Shown: in pieces, positions 15,576 to 17,459 of the stretch
Layout: every line of letters starts with the position of its first letter
Position numbering within the stretch: the stretch's first letter is position 1
NCBI GenBank assembly: GCA_964468895.1
Contig: CAYXWT010000005.1
Coordinates: forward strand, 17,115-34,573
Direction of reading: 5' to 3'
DNA: 17,459 nt
Origin: an uncultured archaeon
Lineage (GTDB): Archaea > Iainarchaeota > Iainarchaeia > Iainarchaeales > CSSED10-239
Made by a program: the position numbers and the translations under genes
The notes under the pieces: generated by a model
Database searches by the model: none
The model's input: only the letters and a program-made list of their open reading frames with translations
What the model was told of the DNA's origin: nothing

Positions 15576-15634
15576 AAAAACTATAAAAAGAACTAAAAAT
15601 AAATAAACAAACAATTTATTTCAAAAATAGTTCT
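15576..15634 (-). terminator. Weak AT-rich hairpin (AGAACT...AGTTCT with inner AAATAAAT/ATTTATTT) followed by T-tracts, downstream of the AlbA_2 gene
   Basis: Minus strand: AGAACTATTTTTGAAATAAATTGTTTGTTTATTTATTTTTAGTTCT followed by TTTTTATAGTTTTT. The stem is low-stringency given the base composition. Confidence 0.25.
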
Positions 15635-15715
15635 AATATTTTTCATAATTCTAAACAATTCGTAATTCTATTATTTAACATCTTTTTTTCTTGATTTTTA
15701 TATTTAATATCCATA

Positions 15716-17239
15716 CTAATTACCTTCAATATAATTTTTACCTTTTAAAGTAATTTTATACCTTTGATTAGGATCTCTTGGGCTATTTGGATTATTCATT
15801 TCAATAAAACCAAAATCTAATAACTTTTTTAAAGATGTTCTAAAATTTCTAGTTCTAGATTTATATCCTAAATAATTTAAAATATATTTTATAGCAACCA
15901 AATTTTTATTATTAATAAATTTAATTATTTTCAAATCAATATCTATAAAACTTACTTGGACCCCTACTTGGACCCCTGCTTGGACCCCTAAAGATATATC
16001 TTTAATTTTCTTTTTAAACTCAGGATGAATCTCAAATTTAGTAATAAATTGACATCTCTCATCATCAGTAATAAAAACAGGTTTTGGAGAACCATTTATT
16101 CTTAAAGAATCTCTTATTTTTTTAAAACCAGTATTTCTTCCTTCAGTAAAATGTAATTCTTTTAGAAAATCTCCTATTCTTCTATTTCTATATCTTCTAG
16201 AAATAACAACATCATCATTAATATTATTTTTATTTAATGGAGGCATAGGTCCAGGATAACTAGTAATATATGTTTTGTCTAGTTCAACTCTTACTTCAAT
16301 AGGAGCATCAATTTCATAATCTTTATGGTAAACAGCATTAACTAATGCTTCTTCAATAGCAACAAATGGATAGGAATAAAATCTTAAACTTTCAGCTTTA
16401 TTTGGAACTTTTCTTACTTTTTCTATAATCACATTATTTTTTATAAACTGAAGTGCACCTCTTATTTGAGAAATAACATCTCCAGAAAATATTTTTTCTT
16501 CAAAATTATCTCCAATTTTATCATGAAAAACAGTAACTTCAATCCAAGGAGTTTTAATATATTTTTTAGGTTCTCTAGAAAATAAAAGTAAACCAATATT
16601 TTTTGGTTTTATATATTCATTAGGTCCATCTATAATATTTAAACTTTTATAAATTTCTATAGGTTTTAGTTTATTTATATCTAAATTTGAATTTGTTTCT
16701 TTTAAAAAAGAACTTATTAGATTTAGATCTAAATCAGAAAGTTCAGCTTTAAGATTAATTCTATCATCAAAAGGAATATTTTGAGACATAGAAATTAATT
16801 CTCTTTCTTCATCAGGTTTTGCTATAACTGTAGAAGCTCCTCTTCTAATATAATATATATATCTAGGTTTTTTACCTAAAGATTCAGGACATTTATAAGG
16901 TCTACTTGGACCACCATAACAATATAAAACTATTAAAAATTTACTTTTATATTCTACAACATCCATTATTGGAAAATAAGGATAAATAATTTTATTAGAT
17001 AATTCAATTAATTTTTTTAAAATAAAATCTATTTTTGACTTTTCAACACCCACTACTTCTTTAGTATCATTATCTATACCTATTATTAGATATCCTCCAC
17101 CCCAATTATTAAAATCATTAGCAAAAGCACACATAGTGTGCATAACTTCTATTGGATTAAAACCTTTTTTTAATTCTAATCTTTCATGTTCTATTATATT
17201 TTCTTTTAATAAAACATCAATCTTAATCGGAATAGGCAT
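15716..17239 (-). CDS. AlbA_2 (Schlafen-like) + HATPase_c_4 + C-terminal wHTH protein (often mis-annotated as 'RecG-like' or putative transcriptional regulator)
   Basis: N-terminus EHERLELKKGFNP...AFANDFNNWGGGYLIIGI (AlbA_2). EEALVNAVYHKDYEIDAPIEVRVELDKTYITSYPGPMPP (HATPase_c_4). C-terminus ...SPRDPNQRYKITLKGKNY (wHTH). Confidence 0.85.
   Translation of the reverse strand: MPIPIKIDVLLKENIIEHERLELKKGFNPIEVMHTMCAFANDFNNWGGGYLIIGIDNDTKEVVGVEKSKIDFILKKLIELSNKIIYPYFPIMDVVEYKSKFLIVLYCYGGPSRPYKCPESLGKKPRYIYYIRRGASTVIAKPDEERELISMSQNIPFDDRINLKAELSDLDLNLISSFLKETNSNLDINKLKPIEIYKSLNIIDGPNEYIKPKNIGLLLFSREPKKYIKTPWIEVTVFHDKIGDNFEEKIFSGDVISQIRGALQFIKNNVIIEKVRKVPNKAESLRFYSYPFVAIEEALVNAVYHKDYEIDAPIEVRVELDKTYITSYPGPMPPLNKNNINDDVVISRRYRNRRIGDFLKELHFTEGRNTGFKKIRDSLRINGSPKPVFITDDERCQFITKFEIHPEFKKKIKDISLGVQAGVQVGVQVSFIDIDLKIIKFINNKNLVAIKYILNYLGYKSRTRNFRTSLKKLLDFGFIEMNNPNSPRDPNQRYKITLKGKNYIEGN
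15954..15989. repeat. Three tandem 12-nt GC-rich repeats inside the AlbA_2 gene, encoding (GVQx)3
   Basis: acttggacccct / acttggacccct / gcttggacccct. On the minus strand this encodes GVQAGVQVGVQV, between the HATPase_c_4 and wHTH regions. Confidence 0.9.
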
Positions 17240-17299
17240 ATTATCAACTTTATATTTATTTAATTTAGGTAATATATATACTAAATTATATTTTCAACA

Positions 17300-17316
17300 A
17301 TTAGGAATTTCCTAAT
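17300..17316. promoter_or_regulatory. 17-bp palindrome ATTAGGAA-T-TTCCTAAT upstream of the AlbA_2/wHTH gene (operator candidate)
   Basis: Read directly. It lies 61-77 nt upstream of ATG 17239 and contains G/C positions, which makes it less likely to be a chance AT palindrome. Confidence 0.3.
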
Positions 17317-17459
17317 AGTTGAATCTTTTTCTAATTCTTTTAATCTAAATATATCTTAAATATTCAATCACACAATTTACAAAATAATATTAAATAGTAC
17401 ATTTATTAGATTTTTAATATTCATATTAATTATCATCATCAACTTGGGCCTTAGCTTGG

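Noticed and set aside
1-17459. Alternative genetic code (TGA or TAG as sense) for the whole window
   Set aside because: Long genes (uvrB, uvrC, the 842-aa ORF, rSAM) are intact under the standard code. TGA ends two ORFs in classic ATGA overlaps and also ends the peptide ORF 5 nt before the rSAM ATG. The broken peptidase also carries in-frame TAA. Only the HIT TAG remains ambiguous and is reported as a low-probability finding.
1-17459. Search for rRNA, tRNA, CRISPR arrays, transposase/IS ends or an integrase
   Set aside because: I found no cloverleaf-capable GC-rich segments, no regularly spaced direct repeats with unique spacers, and no recombinase or transposase-like ORFs. The only repeats are those reported above.
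17426-17459. Possible 3' end of a minus-strand gene (...QAKAQVDDDN-TAA) at the window edge
   Set aside because: Only 10 codons are visible, which is too short to support a call or a product.

Overview
The window is extremely AT-rich prokaryotic DNA. Most starts are preceded by a GGTGAT-like Shine-Dalgarno about 4 nt upstream. The lineage cannot be assigned from sequence alone; a low-GC archaeon or bacterium would both fit.

Left third: the excision-repair genes uvrC (915-2540, +) and uvrB (3753-5684, +). Between them lie a convergent GT2 glycosyltransferase and a small UPF0175-like gene. A membrane-protein gene sits between a decayed duplicate of the uvrC 5' end (27-126) and the intact uvrC.

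From 5720 to the right edge every supported gene is on the minus strand and the content looks accessory or cassette-like:
- a frameshifted RelE-like toxin with a wHTH partner
- a TacT-like GNAT with an unannotated 52-aa partner, bracketed by ~215-bp direct repeats
- a HIT hydrolase broken by one in-frame TAG and flanked by two related hairpins
- a large DUF3160-like protein whose signal anchor has no ATG
- a decayed HExxH peptidase
- a Nudix hydrolase
- an AlbA_2/HATPase_c_4/wHTH protein

The most interesting element is a translationally coupled operon at 12151-14919 (-). It encodes an unannotated 30-aa Cys-containing peptide, a radical SAM/SPASM enzyme, and a PEP-utilising-type (ATP-grasp plus swivel-His) phosphotransferase. 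This looks like a RiPP cluster with an unusual enzyme pairing.

No rRNA, tRNA, CRISPR array, transposase or integrase was recognised.
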